Part shown: positions 63,427 to 64,000 of the stretch, one piece after another
Layout of the letters: the number at the start of each line of letters is the position of its first letter
Numbering within the stretch: the stretch's first letter is position 1
DNA from: an uncultured bacterium
Lineage (GTDB): Bacteria; Krumholzibacteriota; Krumholzibacteriia; JACNKJ01
Length of the DNA stretch: 64,000 nucleotides
Direction: 5' to 3'
NCBI GenBank assembly: GCA_963695095.1
Contig: CAVOFT010000001.1
Coordinates: 1-64,000 of the forward strand
Program-made: the position numbers and the translations under genes
Notes under the pieces: model-generated
Databases searched by the model: none
Told to the model about the DNA's origin: nothing
What the model saw: only the letters and a program-made list of their open reading frames with translations

Positions 63427-64000
63427 ATGCAGGACTTCGACGCTCACGTCGCCGAGATCGCGGCCTGGTTCGCCTCGCCCCGCTTCGCGGGCATCACCCG
63501 TCTCTACGATGCCTGCGACGTCGCCGAGCAGCGCGGAACGATTCCGCACGACTACACCGTCGCCCGCCTCGCGGCGGAGGCCTTCTTCGCGCGCCTGCGC
63601 GAGCTCTTCGGCCGGCGGCAGGCCATCACCACCTTCGGCCCCTACTCGCCGGGCCAGGCGGTGGCGATGAAGCGCCTGGGCATCGAGGCCATCTACCTGG
63701 GCGGCTGGGCCACTTCGGCCAAGGGTTCCCACGATGAGGATCCCGGGGCGGACCTCGCCAGCTATCCCCTCGGCCGCGTGCCGGACGAGGCGGCGCCCAT
63801 CGTGCGCGCCCTGCTCGCCGCCGACAGGAACCAGCGCTTCGCCTGGGCGCGCCTGACGCCCGCAGCAGCGCACGGCGGCAGCGCAGGTGGATTTCCGACC
63901 CTTCATCATCGCCGACGCCGACACCGGCCACGGCGGCGACGCCCACGTGCGCAACCTGATCCGCCGCTTCGTGGAGGTCGGCGTGCCCGGCTACCACATC
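63427..64000 (+). CDS. aceA: Isocitrate lyase, Icl2-like N-terminus (partial; frameshift near 63865; not in the ORF track)
   Basis: Manual translation: [27 protein letters not shown]...[36 protein letters not shown]...[41 protein letters not shown]. Confidence 0.92.
   Translation, partial: MQDFDAHVAEIAAWFASPRFAGITRLYDACDVAEQRGTIPHDYTVARLAAEAFFARLRELFGRRQAITTFGPYSPGQAVAMKRLGIEAIYLGGWATSAKGSHDEDPGADLASYPLGRVPDEAAPIVRALLAADRNQRFAWARLTPAAAHGGSAGGFPTLHHRRRRHRPRRRRPRAQPDPPLRGGRRARLPH

Overview
The window looks like two unrelated DNAs joined at about 16,961. Segment 1 (1-~16,961) has an actinobacterial, probably Acidimicrobiia-like, character. It carries a metal/haem cluster (P1B-5-type ATPase with hemerythrin tail, VIT1/CCC1 transporter, CxxCH haem-binding protein), an HTH-MNT antitoxin whose HEPN partner is reduced to a remnant, and a tRNA-Ala-like att remnant with arm-type repeats. 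Next comes a ~7 kb array of small accessory genes (4 GNATs, an APH-family kinase, an ECF sigma/anti-sigma pair, a membrane protein, a lipoprotein), then a TA-like pair and the C-terminal half of a MobF/TrwC-like relaxase-helicase. The most interesting signal is in that array: the genes are separated by at least six same-strand copies of a bipartite repeat (GTGAAwrTGCGGCGyCACGCTTGGGCC, ~30-33 nt, then GATT..GTG..GCGG) that is not an attC site, and most genes appear to have their own leaderless promoter. This suggests an integron-like cassette array with an unrecognised recombination site. Segment 2 (~16,962-64,000) resembles chromosomal DNA of an FCB-type candidate phylum (inferred from FlgD-type C-terminal domains). 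It includes three tandem LVIVD-repeat exoproteins, a DnaA-box cluster, housekeeping genes, a polysaccharide mini-cluster, two ECF modules, an ABC exporter, a probable 6S RNA, pabB and a glyoxylate-shunt operon (aceB-aceA). Many genes carry isolated frameshifts, most likely sequencing indels. All product calls come from motif recognition by eye; no database searches were run.
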